Virus record (IMG/VR): IMGVR_UViG_3300007512_000010
Span: 62,001-118,970 of that record
DNA length: 56,970 bases
Source: an uncultured virus (IMG/VR IMGVR_UViG_3300007512_000010)
Taxonomy: Duplodnaviria; Heunggongvirae; Uroviricota; Caudoviricetes
Reading direction: 5' to 3' (one strand)
Shown: in pieces, positions 36,667 through 46,373 of the stretch
Layout: each line of letters begins with the position of its first letter
How positions within the stretch are numbered: the first letter of the stretch is position 1
Notes under the pieces: generated by a model
Seen by the model: only the letters and a program-made list of their open reading frames with translations
What the model was told of the DNA's origin: nothing
Databases searched by the model: none
Position numbers and translations under genes: made by a program

Positions 36667-38123
36667 TGTCTGAATTTCAAGATGGTATGGGGCAAACTCC
36701 TGGGTTTGCTGACAGGCCCGCGAAGGTGCACCTAGCTCTGGTACAGAGTGTGAACGTGCAAGAGTTTACTTGTGACTTGATGACGATTTACACGCATAAG
36801 GCATTGGTGGATGTTCCTTTTGCTGCTGGGTATTGTCATCAAGATCATGTTGGTGGGTTGTACTGGATGCCGGAAGTGAACTCACACTGTTATGTGTGTG
36901 AGTGTGCCGATGGGACGTCCTTTATCCTCTCGTTCATCATAAACGCACAGCCAGCCGTTGTCCCGGAGCACATGGCTGAGTTGGACGGCCCAAGCGCAGA
37001 ATTGATTGAAGAGTCCGCTGATGCTGGGCCGAACTTCCGGGCAATGCGGGAGAACCTAGAACCCGGCGACATTTACATGGGTGCTATTGACGGTAATCAT
37101 GTCATTGTTCGGCGTGGTGGGATGGTACAAATCGGCGCTACTGGGTTAGCGCAGCGCGTCTACCTGCCCATCGAGAATTTAGTACGCGACTACTTCCAGA
37201 GATACCAAGCCTACAGCCCCGTTGGAGAGATTGAATGGGGCCACGCACAACTAGTTGAGGGCGAAACGCCCACAGAGGTTCTAGGCTACTTGTCTTCTGA
37301 TTTGTTGGAGGAGGCCGATAAGAGCAAGGCTCTGAGCGCGGCAGCAGAGACGCCGGTGATGGTTCGGTACAACATAAAAGATTTGTGCCAAGAGGACGTT
37401 AAGGAAGGCAAGTACACTGTAGAGCTTCGTATTGGTCGTTTAACTCCAGAGGTCTTAGATACCGAGGAGGATGCTGAACATGAGTTTGGTTATTTGGGGC
37501 ACAAAGCCACCAAGGATCGAGTTGATCAGCCAGTACGGTTAACGGGTAGCCACAAAGCTAAAGGTATTAGAAAAGAGTCCAAGGGCATCCTCAGCCTTAC
37601 CATCTACAACCATGACCCCGAGAAGGATACGAACACCGAGACCAAGGATTCCGTTTGCTACGCCTTCCAACTAAATCGAGAAGGGGATGCACTTGTTTTC
37701 ACAAAGGGGCATATACACGCTGAGATAGACCAGACACTATATGCGCGTGTTAATAAAGGTATCAAGGTTGTTTACGGTGGTGACGGTGGGAGCGAAGATA
37801 CCAAGGAAAATAAGCAGAGTATCCTTGAATTATTAGACACTAATGAGTTTGAAGCTCAAGTAAAATCAGTATTATTCAAGGTGCTGGAAGAGATGGATTT
37901 CCAGGTTAAGGGCGATGTCCTTATTCAGGGAGAGGCAAATATTCAGTTGGGAACCAACAGTGACGAACTACAAGGGGTGGTTCGTTGGCAGGATTTAAAG
38001 ACTTGGCTAGAGAGCAAGTTCTCATGCGCTACCCCGGCTGGTCCTAGCGGACCCGTCCTCCCTAGCGCGACAGTTACGTTTGAAGATGATGTAGCGTCTA
38101 AGACAGTAAAGGCTAAAAAGTAA
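36666..38123 (+). CDS. Baseplate hub/central spike protein (gp5/GpV-like OB fold + beta-rich C-terminus)
   Basis: ALVQSVN...GGLYWMPEVNS.C.V OB-fold signature; C-terminal TPAGPSGP apex-like motif. Confidence 0.65.
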   Translation: MSEFQDGMGQTPGFADRPAKVHLALVQSVNVQEFTCDLMTIYTHKALVDVPFAAGYCHQDHVGGLYWMPEVNSHCYVCECADGTSFILSFIINAQPAVVPEHMAELDGPSAELIEESADAGPNFRAMRENLEPGDIYMGAIDGNHVIVRRGGMVQIGATGLAQRVYLPIENLVRDYFQRYQAYSPVGEIEWGHAQLVEGETPTEVLGYLSSDLLEEADKSKALSAAAETPVMVRYNIKDLCQEDVKEGKYTVELRIGRLTPEVLDTEEDAEHEFGYLGHKATKDRVDQPVRLTGSHKAKGIRKESKGILSLTIYNHDPEKDTNTETKDSVCYAFQLNREGDALVFTKGHIHAEIDQTLYARVNKGIKVVYGGDGGSEDTKENKQSILELLDTNEFEAQVKSVLFKVLEEMDFQVKGDVLIQGEANIQLGTNSDELQGVVRWQDLKTWLESKFSCATPAGPSGPVLPSATVTFEDDVASKTVKAKK

Positions 38124-38124
38124 A

Positions 38125-38625
38125 ATGCCATTAGCAGCAGCCCTATCAGCAATGACCGACGCCCTGGAAGGCGTAGTTTCCGCCATGAATGAAGGCGATG
38201 AAAGTACTCACGCAGGACAAGAGTGGGCGGTTGTGGGCGAAGCCTTTTTTGAGAACGGCTTGAACCCGACGTGGACACCGGTTGGGCTAGAGGCCGGTAA
38301 GGCGGCTTTCGCAGCAGCGTTCGGGGCCACTGTTGCCCCCGACCCAGCCGGGGCGACGCTCGCTACTGCCCTGCAGAACGGGTTTCAAGCTTTTGGGGCG
38401 CTGGCCTCTATACCAGTAAACGCTGCACCGGGCATCGCTGGGCAGCTTATCCCCATCACGCCTCCCCCCGCCCCACCGGTGATTACTGTGATAACTAGCC
38501 CTGCTAGTGATTCTCACGCACCGATAATAGCTGAAATACACCCGAAACTACTTACATGGGCTGCGACGGGGTTGGTTTCTGTGACCACTCCCGGTGGTCC
38601 AGTACCCACAACCCCTTGGAGCTAG
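38125..38625 (+). CDS. Small Ala/Pro-rich baseplate/spike-associated protein
   Basis: Directly follows the spike gene; ends TPGGPVPTTPWS. Confidence 0.45.
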   Translation: MPLAAALSAMTDALEGVVSAMNEGDESTHAGQEWAVVGEAFFENGLNPTWTPVGLEAGKAAFAAAFGATVAPDPAGATLATALQNGFQAFGALASIPVNAAPGIAGQLIPITPPPAPPVITVITSPASDSHAPIIAEIHPKLLTWAATGLVSVTTPGGPVPTTPWS

Positions 38626-38712
38626 AGTAGCTAATGCCTTCAACACTTGATACTAACAATGTATTATTAGACCAAGCCGACGCTCATCGCACAGGTCGTA
38701 GGAGTATATAAC

Positions 38713-40683
38713 ATGGAACTTACCAGAAAATTAAAAGGACCACACTTCGAGAAGGTAGCTGCCAAGTTCCTTCTCGGGGATAACCCGTCCACTTACCCCA
38801 GTGAGTTGATCGCTCATCTGTACAAGCAGCACCCCTACCTGGGTAAGTATCAGGTGAACATCTCTGTCCAAGGGCAGGATGAGAGCCAAGGATACATGTA
38901 TGGTGTATTCCTCGTCAGCCAGCCCAGCGATGTTCCACCCCCAGAGGGAACACAGCAGATGGGACAGATGATTAGTCAGGGTCAACCAGAGCCAGATCCG
39001 AACAATAGTGTTCGTATCCCGATCATTGTGGAGAATAAGAAGGCGTACTCCTACGACGTTTTCATCACTCCCGATGGTAGGTTCTTGCCCCTAAACGAGA
39101 TGCGCGTTGCAGCGGCGATGTTTGATGCGGGTCCGTACTCCATCGCTCCTGTTCCCAAAGCACTAGGGGCGTCGGCTAACCAGAACGTTAACCCCGCTGA
39201 GCCCGAGGGTATGAGTGGTGGTGGTCCCCTTTCCCCAAACCAGTCAGTTAAGCAGGCTTCTGCATTTGCTGGTGTGTCATTGGGCAAAGAGGTGGTTGAG
39301 AAGTTCTTCAACAAGATTGCGGCTAGTGAGCGTCTTGTTGATGCGGCTGATCTAAATCCCGCGTTTTCATCAGTGTTGTCCAAGTTGGCACACTCCGTAG
39401 AAAACCAGCCCGTTGAGAGTGCGCCCACAACCTCTGATTTTGAGGCAGCGGTTGTCTGTAAAGTTGGCGGCGGCTACCTGATTAAAACCGCAAGCTCTAA
39501 CGGGTTTGAGGTTTCTACACACAAGCTCCGCAACAAGGACGCGGCGACCCTTCCCAGGGAGGTTCGAAATAGTGTGGTGAAGACAGGATCCGTATTATTA
39601 GCTGATAATACTGAAGCGCTACCTAAAATCGAGGTGACCAAAGATCTAGAGGTTATTGATGAAACCGGTGTGTTCTCTGTCCTAGATAAGTACGGCAGTG
39701 CGCGACGAGCCGCAGTGATCACCGATGTTCTCACCCTGGACGGGCGGGAATCCGACCTTCGTCTGGTTGTTGGGTCTAGCGGAGCCGCTTTTCAGGCTAA
39801 GGTAGCTGGTGTTCGTTGTGGGGATCTTGACCTAAACGCTCTCGAAGGCTCGGCCCCAATAGGGGAGGGAGTCTTTGTGTTTAAGACGGCAGGTAAGGTT
39901 TCGGAACCATTGACCGTAAACCACGCGGTGACGGATGCGAACGGGGAGACTTCGTACATCTACGAAACCCCCCTACAGGGACGGGGAACGCTCAAGCTGG
40001 CGTCGGTGCGGATTCCTGTCGGCCTTGGTGGGCGTGATTTCCTAATTCCCGAAGACAGTGTGTTTGTGCCTATGACCTTTAACGGGAGCTACCGGTCAGA
40101 CACCACGCAGATTGAGAAGATTTCGGCCAGAACCGACTATATCAATAAAGTTAAAATCATTAGCGATGGGACAGAATTTAGCTTTGAGGGAGCCCCGGTA
40201 AAAGATCTAGAGAAGAGGGCCTTCTTGAAGTTGGATGAGGCGCTTCTGGTACTGGGTGTTCTCGGAGATTCTTCAGAAGGAGCTATGACTAAGTTAGCTC
40301 ATGCGGCTGATAAGGGAGAAGAGGTTTTCGTCGCTAGTCGTAGGATTCTAGCGCCAACGATTGAGTTGGGCTCGAATGACGAAGCCGCGCAAATTGCGTC
40401 GGTGATTAGGATGGATTTGGTCAAGGAGGCTGCGGTTCTAAACAACTCGGAGACAGTTGACTCCGTATTATCACTTAACTTTATTACGCCAGAAAACGTC
40501 CAAGGATACTTGGATGCTCTACCTGTTTTTGAGGAATCTGCCTCTAAGCTGGCTGAGCTACTTGTTGGCGTTCGACTTGGTTTGTCAGATATTCCTGAGC
40601 CTGCGGTAGCGTCATCCCTTTCTGGCATGGAGCGTGCGATTACTGGGCTTAAGAAGCTGCAGATCAGGTCTAATACTATGTAA
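38713..40683 (+). CDS. Putative virion head protein with multiple K-x-A motifs
   Basis: AGGAG RBS; FEKVAA, VKQAS, NKIAA, SKLAH, IKTAS, LKLAS, EKISA, TKLAH, VKEAA, SKLAE. Confidence 0.6.
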   Translation: MELTRKLKGPHFEKVAAKFLLGDNPSTYPSELIAHLYKQHPYLGKYQVNISVQGQDESQGYMYGVFLVSQPSDVPPPEGTQQMGQMISQGQPEPDPNNSVRIPIIVENKKAYSYDVFITPDGRFLPLNEMRVAAAMFDAGPYSIAPVPKALGASANQNVNPAEPEGMSGGGPLSPNQSVKQASAFAGVSLGKEVVEKFFNKIAASERLVDAADLNPAFSSVLSKLAHSVENQPVESAPTTSDFEAAVVCKVGGGYLIKTASSNGFEVSTHKLRNKDAATLPREVRNSVVKTGSVLLADNTEALPKIEVTKDLEVIDETGVFSVLDKYGSARRAAVITDVLTLDGRESDLRLVVGSSGAAFQAKVAGVRCGDLDLNALEGSAPIGEGVFVFKTAGKVSEPLTVNHAVTDANGETSYIYETPLQGRGTLKLASVRIPVGLGGRDFLIPEDSVFVPMTFNGSYRSDTTQIEKISARTDYINKVKIISDGTEFSFEGAPVKDLEKRAFLKLDEALLVLGVLGDSSEGAMTKLAHAADKGEEVFVASRRILAPTIELGSNDEAAQIASVIRMDLVKEAAVLNNSETVDSVLSLNFITPENVQGYLDALPVFEESASKLAELLVGVRLGLSDIPEPAVASSLSGMERAITGLKKLQIRSNTM

Positions 40684-40688
40684 TTATT

Positions 40689-41501
40689 ATGAAGCATCCG
40701 AACGAGTATTGGCTTAGATACATGCTGGTGTTCTCGGATTTGTCCATAGAGCAGGTATGCGAAGCGGCTGTTCTATATGAAATGCAGGAACCGGATTCTG
40801 ATTATTTGTTGGAAATACGGAACCAGCTAGAGCGGACAAAGCCGAGCCCATTTCGCATGGACTTTTCGGACACACGAAAGTGGGTCCGTAGGCAGCGCAT
40901 CATGTCTTTGGCTAAAGAAGACAAGTACGCAGTGCAAGCTAGGGACATACTTGGAAATACAAAAGTTCGCCCTGTCCTCGAAGCCCTTCTTACTGCGGAT
41001 ACACCAATTGCCCAGATCCCTGAGTATATAAAGAGTCTTACCGGTCAGGTTGTTTCAAAGCGCGTACTGAACATGTACGCGCATTACTTTTGGAATCGGT
41101 CGCTCCTGTCCACTAGCCAGTGGTATGAGTACTTGAGGGGCCATGATAATGGGCGCATGCTCAGGTCTTGCTACAACCGTGGTGAGGCTTTTGCTTTATG
41201 GAAGCTTGGCTACAAGTTAGAACTATCTCAGCAGGACGTTATTCGTGACCTATTCCATGAGTCATCGATGCGCTTTTTCGAGACCTCTGAAATGCCCAAC
41301 GGTAAAGAAACGGCCATGACAGCAAAGCTGTGGGCAGAGAACATTTTTAGAGCTACAGAGGAGATGAACCGGACAGGTGACGCAGTCAGTCAAGTAATTG
41401 ACGGGCTAAGAGACATTGCAATTAAACTAGGTAAGCGGGAAATCTCCAGCGTAGAAGAGCTTGGCGACGTTACCGAAGGTGGTACTGATGATCCCAAGTA
41501 A
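40689..41501 (+). CDS. Hypothetical helical protein (terminase small subunit is possible but unsupported)
   Basis: Long ORF in the virion operon. Confidence 0.6.
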   Translation: MKHPNEYWLRYMLVFSDLSIEQVCEAAVLYEMQEPDSDYLLEIRNQLERTKPSPFRMDFSDTRKWVRRQRIMSLAKEDKYAVQARDILGNTKVRPVLEALLTADTPIAQIPEYIKSLTGQVVSKRVLNMYAHYFWNRSLLSTSQWYEYLRGHDNGRMLRSCYNRGEAFALWKLGYKLELSQQDVIRDLFHESSMRFFETSEMPNGKETAMTAKLWAENIFRATEEMNRTGDAVSQVIDGLRDIAIKLGKREISSVEELGDVTEGGTDDPK

Positions 41502-41808
41502 CGTTATAATTGAACCCGTGATTTTCACGGAATCCAAGACCAAGGTTCCAGGTGTTCGGGTGGAGTACTACATCTACGAGAGCGGGGTAAAGTTTCATAT
41601 TTGGGCTGACCCCGAGTTCCCTGACTGTCTTGAGTCCTGTATAAAAGAAGCATGGTCTAAATTCCCGGAAAAGTCTGTGATTGCAGAGTACGTGCCAGAA
41701 GTAGATAGCTGGTACGGGGAATTGAAGAATATTACTGTTGGCATATCTGACGTGCTTGCAGAAAGCCTTATCGCTAAGGTTGCTAAGGAGGTATCCAAAC
41801 ATGGCTAA
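41488..41808 (+). CDS. Hypothetical protein
   Basis: Probable ATG at 41488; overlaps both neighbours. Confidence 0.55.
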   Translation: MIPSNVIIEPVIFTESKTKVPGVRVEYYIYESGVKFHIWADPEFPDCLESCIKEAWSKFPEKSVIAEYVPEVDSWYGELKNITVGISDVLAESLIAKVAKEVSKHG

Positions 41809-42592
41809 ACGACAAGAGGCCCCTGGGTATCTGACAACCTTAGGCAAAGCCGCTCCCTTTTTTCTTGCTAAGTCCGTTTTGGGAGATCTTCCAAAAGGTG
41901 GGATTGAGAAAGCAATCGAGTTGAAACTAGGTCCCAAGAAGGTACCCCTACGGAAGGGCTTCATGAAGGGGATTTCTGGTAGGGGCTCTGGCCGTGCGAT
42001 TGGGGCAATGAGCGGAATTGTCACTGCTCCCCTATACCTAAAGAGTCTTAGCCTCTTAAAGTCTAAGAAGAAGAGCGACCGCAAGAAGGGGCTGGCCCTC
42101 CTAGTAGGGGTTACGAGCACTTTCACAGTACAGAAGGGGATGCTTGAGAGCATCGGTGAGCAGGGTGGAATCTCGAAAGCTATTCGACGCCGAGTTAGTC
42201 GCCTCCCTGCTAAAGCTTCTGGCACTTCTTTGAAGAAGGCCCTCGGTCTTGGGGTGGGCAGGCTCTCCTATAAGATCCCTTCCGCTTTGATTATGGCGAA
42301 GGGCCTCACAAGCGGTGGCGGCAAAGGCAAGGGTAAGAAGAATAAAGCTCTTATGTCCGCTGCCTTGGGCGGGGCTGGGGCTGGTGCGCTTAGCCGTGCG
42401 GGCGATACCATCATTAAGGAACTTACCGCGAAGTCAACCAGCAAGGCGTACAAGTTCAACCCAGGCATCTTCGGCAAGAAGATGATGGCGGGTGGTGTAG
42501 GCGGTGCAGCAGCAGGGGCGCTCGGTGGGCTAGTCCTATCCAAAGCGATTTCTGCAGCGAACAAGTCCTTGTCCGGTGGTAAGAAGAAGTGA
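41801..42592 (+). CDS. Highly basic Gly/Ala/Lys-rich protein with glycine-zipper hydrophobic segments (candidate internal/ejection protein)
   Basis: AAGGAGG RBS; GGVGGAAAGALGGLVL, AALGGAGAGAL. Confidence 0.6.
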   Translation: MAKRQEAPGYLTTLGKAAPFFLAKSVLGDLPKGGIEKAIELKLGPKKVPLRKGFMKGISGRGSGRAIGAMSGIVTAPLYLKSLSLLKSKKKSDRKKGLALLVGVTSTFTVQKGMLESIGEQGGISKAIRRRVSRLPAKASGTSLKKALGLGVGRLSYKIPSALIMAKGLTSGGGKGKGKKNKALMSAALGGAGAGALSRAGDTIIKELTAKSTSKAYKFNPGIFGKKMMAGGVGGAAAGALGGLVLSKAISAANKSLSGGKKK

Positions 42593-44376
42593 GGTTTTTC
42601 CTTAAATGCGCCGCCGAGGTCGCTCAGGAAGTGCAACACGGTACGGGTATTCCCGCGCTTAAAGAGTGGTTTAAACCGTATGAGCACCAAGCAAAAGCGA
42701 TAGAGCGTCTGTACGCAAATAAGGGAAAAATGATTCTCGCCCACGAGATGGGCACGGGGAAAACCGCTACAAGCATTTACGGATTTGAGAAGCTACGTCA
42801 CGATGGGAAAGCAAAGAAGGCGCTAGTAGTTGTTCCCTCTGGCTTACGGGCCAACTTTGCGGATGGCGGTGTTCGAAAGTTCACCACTAGCAGCGTTCAG
42901 ATTGTTGGCTCGCCTGCTGAAGTTCGGAAGAAGGACGGCTACGTACGCCCAGGTAGCGAGGGCAACGCTGATTACACAATCATAAGCTACGCCCAGTTTC
43001 GGAAGGACCCAAAAGGGTTCATGGAGCGAACCGGGGCTGACACTCTGATTTTAGATGAGTTCCACAAGACTAGAAATGAATCCGCATCAACGTTTAAAGC
43101 GGCAGTAGAGGCTCGAAGGTACGCGGTCAACTTCATGGGGCTGACAGCCTCTTTGATCAACAACCGCCCTTCTGAAATTGCCTCGTTGATGACCATCTCC
43201 GAGAACAACCGAGAGATGACGCCCCAGCAATTCAGACGAAGGTTCACCAAGACTGTTGGGACAGCAAAGGGTTTTGGTGGTGGGAAGAAGAAGATTCGCG
43301 GCTACCAGCGGGTTGAGGAGCTAAAGGCCCGGACACAACCGAGAATAGACTACATTGAGACGGGTGATCTTAAGGGCAAAACGATGCCCCGGAAGGATGT
43401 GCGGAATGTGGACGTGGAGATGTCCCCCGCACAGTACGATCTATACCAGCTAGCTCTGGATAAGCATCCAGCGATTAAAGAGATGCTTATGCGTAGAGAC
43501 AAGAACATCACCGTCAAGGATGCGAAGTTCATCTTCGCCCAGATCGCGGCGGCTCGACAGGTTGCTAACTCTGTGCACACCGGAAGATCAGACGTGACTG
43601 CAGCGCAATCCGCTCAGCAGACACCAAAGGCTAAAAAGGTACTGGATGACACGGCGCAGCATCTCACAGAGAAGCCCGACAACAAGGTTGTCCTGTACAG
43701 CAACTTGGTACGTGGTGGTGTGGACGTCCTATCTGCTGGCCTAAAAGCTCGCGGTATCGATCATGCCGTGTTTGTTGGCAAAGGAACAACCGTTGGTGAG
43801 AACAAGGTCACTGCCCTGACAAGACAACAGGGAGTGAAGGACTACCAAGCAGGCAAGAAGAAAGTAATCATCCTAAGCGGTGCTGGTGCGGAAGGCCTCG
43901 ACCTGAAGAACTCTACTGCGTTTTACGCGTTGGACGGGCACTTCAACCCGCAACGGATTCTTCAGGCGGAAGCCCGTGCCCGTAGACTCGGTGGGCAGCA
44001 ACACCGTGCCGTTGAGAACCGGGCGGTAGATGTTCGACGGTACAGAAGTACTGTGCCCAAGGCAGCTAGACCAGGATTTATTGGTCGAGCGATGGGTAAG
44101 AAGACCCCCCAAACCACAGACGAATGGATGTACGGAGTTGCTGGGCGAAAGTTCAAGCAGCAGAAGGACTTCTACACAGCCTTTAAAAAGCCTACTAAAT
44201 TTATCTATAAGTATAGAGACAACACAACAGGGAAGATGCGTTATGTTTACCCGAAACAAAAGGCCCCAAAACAAGGGTTCTTCAGTAAATTATTTGGAGG
44301 TAAATCGCCTTCTAGACCAACTCCAAGCCAAACTAGCCAGCACTCAGCCACCCAGGCTGCGGTTAGCGCAAGCTGA
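42589..44376 (+). CDS. SNF2-like SF2 helicase/ATPase in the virion module
   Basis: PYEHQ, AHEMGTGKT, LDEFH, GLTASL, GAEGLDL, QAEARARR. Confidence 0.85.
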   Translation: MRFFLKCAAEVAQEVQHGTGIPALKEWFKPYEHQAKAIERLYANKGKMILAHEMGTGKTATSIYGFEKLRHDGKAKKALVVVPSGLRANFADGGVRKFTTSSVQIVGSPAEVRKKDGYVRPGSEGNADYTIISYAQFRKDPKGFMERTGADTLILDEFHKTRNESASTFKAAVEARRYAVNFMGLTASLINNRPSEIASLMTISENNREMTPQQFRRRFTKTVGTAKGFGGGKKKIRGYQRVEELKARTQPRIDYIETGDLKGKTMPRKDVRNVDVEMSPAQYDLYQLALDKHPAIKEMLMRRDKNITVKDAKFIFAQIAAARQVANSVHTGRSDVTAAQSAQQTPKAKKVLDDTAQHLTEKPDNKVVLYSNLVRGGVDVLSAGLKARGIDHAVFVGKGTTVGENKVTALTRQQGVKDYQAGKKKVIILSGAGAEGLDLKNSTAFYALDGHFNPQRILQAEARARRLGGQQHRAVENRAVDVRRYRSTVPKAARPGFIGRAMGKKTPQTTDEWMYGVAGRKFKQQKDFYTAFKKPTKFIYKYRDNTTGKMRYVYPKQKAPKQGFFSKLFGGKSPSRPTPSQTSQHSATQAAVSAS

Positions 44377-44515
44377 TGAACGCTGCGTAACCTGTAAACA
44401 GTTCATCTACTCGGCTGGCAGAGCCCATTCTGGGGATGGGGAGTGTACAGAGTACCGCACGTTCGTGCGAGCAGACTTTGTGTGTGATAGCTATATTAAC
44501 GAGGACGCAGAGTGA
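44294..44515 (+). CDS. Small 4-Cys protein (HiPIP-like spacing) overlapping the helicase 3' end
   Basis: ERCVTCKQF...GECTEY...VRADFVCDSY; contains AKLAS. The start is uncertain (TTG 44294 or ATG 44243). Confidence 0.45.
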   Translation: MEVNRLLDQLQAKLASTQPPRLRLAQADERCVTCKQFIYSAGRAHSGDGECTEYRTFVRADFVCDSYINEDAE

Positions 44516-44729
44516 TTTTCACAAGCCCTCTTTTTGTATTTATGGAGACCCTGGCTCTCGGTATGTATTCACCAATGAACTCTTTTAAGAGCTTTTTATT
44601 ATGTTGTGATATTGGGGGCCACAGCTTAAGAACGTATGTGTTCTCGGCATCTTCTTTATAGGAAACAAGGTCGTTTCCAAGTGCCCTAGATAAGGAACCC
44701 ACTAAACTAGTTACGGTATCTTTGATCAT
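44496..44729 (-). CDS. Small hypothetical protein, antisense within the virion module
   Basis: Fills the gap between the helicase and terminase genes; protein-like composition. Confidence 0.4.
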   Translation of the reverse strand: MIKDTVTSLVGSLSRALGNDLVSYKEDAENTYVLKLWPPISQHNKKLLKEFIGEYIPRARVSINTKRGLVKITLRPR

Positions 44730-46371
44730 GTCTTTACTCGATGAACAATCAGCAGCTTTTGAGAGGGATAATAATCTCTTTCCTAGCGAGTTTGTATCAT
44801 CTTTCTTCAATATGCCCAGCTTGGGAGAGTTGGAGCATTTTTCGTTTAAAGGCAGGCGTTACCTGATCCCTATCTATGACACACCTTCCCAGAGACTGCT
44901 TCTTCAGTGTGGCCGACAGGTAGAGAAGAGCACAACCCTAGGGAATATTACGCTAACATACTCGACTTTGAGAAGGCACTTTAGGTCGCTGTTCGTAAGC
45001 CCCACTCAGCAGCAGACTGAAACATTCTCAAGGGATAGGATACAGACACCTATAGAACTCTCCCCCACACTACAAACTTTTGCAGAGGGAGCGAATACCA
45101 AGAACAACGTTCTGTACAAGAAGTATGTGACAGGCTCAGACATCACTATGCGGTATGCCTTTTTACACGCAGATCGCGTGCGCGGTATCTCTGCTGACAT
45201 GCTTTTGTTGGATGAGATTCAGGACATCCTTACAGACATCATCCCAATTATTGAGGAGGCGTTGTCGCACTCCCCGTTCAAGATTCTTCGCTACTCCGGT
45301 ACGCCGAAGAGCTTGGACAACACCATCAGCTACTATTGGAACCAATTCAGCACCCAAAATGAGTGGGTTGTTCCATGTGAGGGCTGTAACACTTGGAATG
45401 TTCTGGGAGAAGACAACATTGGTGCCCAGGGGTTGATCTGTAAAAAATGCGGGAGGGCCATACATGCGGATCATCCAAGGGCTCAATGGGCGTCCATGCG
45501 GTCACCCCAATGGCTGAAGCACCCACCGGTTACGACGCCTTTTGAGGGGTACAGAATCCCACAGTTAATTGCTCCTTGGGTGCGTTGGGACGATATTCTC
45601 GATAAAAGGAAACGGTACAGTCGCGCTCAGTTTTTTAATGAGGTTTTGGGCGTTGGTTACGATTCTGGTGAGAAACCTATCAACAAGGAATCTCTGATAA
45701 AGTGCTGTAATCAAGAACGACCAAACACACTGGAGTTCGCGACTAAATTCGTTAAGGGCCGTAATCGAAAAGTCTATCTAGGGATTGATTGGGGTACAGG
45801 AGAGAATACTTATTCCGTACTTGTTGCTGGGTGTTATATCGGCCGCATCTTTACTATCATCTACTGTAGACGGTATGAGGGTGAAGACGGCAGTCCAGAA
45901 AACCTTATGAACGACATTGCCAAGCTGATGGATAGATTCGAAGTTCGCATAGCTGGGGTTGACTACGGGGGTGGATTTGACCGTAATGACCGGCTGATAA
46001 GGCAGTTTGGGATTGCCCGTGTTGCGAGGTATCAGTACGTAAATGCTAAGAGAATCTACTTCGACAAAAGCCTCCATAGGTTTATGGTTAATAGGACGGA
46101 GGCGTTGATGGCGGTTATTAACGCAATTAATCGTGAGGACGAATTAGCCTTCCCTAAATGGGAAGATTTTGAAACACCCTTTGGAAGCGACCTCTTATCT
46201 GTATTTACAGAGTACAACGAGGCGCGAAGAACGACTATTATTAATAGGACACCGGGTACAACAGATGATACTTTGCACGCAATTACCTACTGTTTTCTGG
46301 CGTCTATGATAGAACACCCAAGACCTGATATTATTAGCCCGTCAGGGGATGATAAGCATGATAGAGGTTAG
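44728..46371 (+). CDS. terL: Terminase large subunit (lambda GpA-like)
   Basis: FSFKGRRYLIPIY, Walker A variant GRQVEKST, Walker B LLLDEIQD, SGTP coupling motif, CEGC/CKKC, FFNEVLG, nuclease LGIDWG, DDTLHA. Confidence 0.9.
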   Translation: MSLLDEQSAAFERDNNLFPSEFVSSFFNMPSLGELEHFSFKGRRYLIPIYDTPSQRLLLQCGRQVEKSTTLGNITLTYSTLRRHFRSLFVSPTQQQTETFSRDRIQTPIELSPTLQTFAEGANTKNNVLYKKYVTGSDITMRYAFLHADRVRGISADMLLLDEIQDILTDIIPIIEEALSHSPFKILRYSGTPKSLDNTISYYWNQFSTQNEWVVPCEGCNTWNVLGEDNIGAQGLICKKCGRAIHADHPRAQWASMRSPQWLKHPPVTTPFEGYRIPQLIAPWVRWDDILDKRKRYSRAQFFNEVLGVGYDSGEKPINKESLIKCCNQERPNTLEFATKFVKGRNRKVYLGIDWGTGENTYSVLVAGCYIGRIFTIIYCRRYEGEDGSPENLMNDIAKLMDRFEVRIAGVDYGGGFDRNDRLIRQFGIARVARYQYVNAKRIYFDKSLHRFMVNRTEALMAVINAINREDELAFPKWEDFETPFGSDLLSVFTEYNEARRTTIINRTPGTTDDTLHAITYCFLASMIEHPRPDIISPSGDDKHDRG

Positions 46372-46373
46372 TC

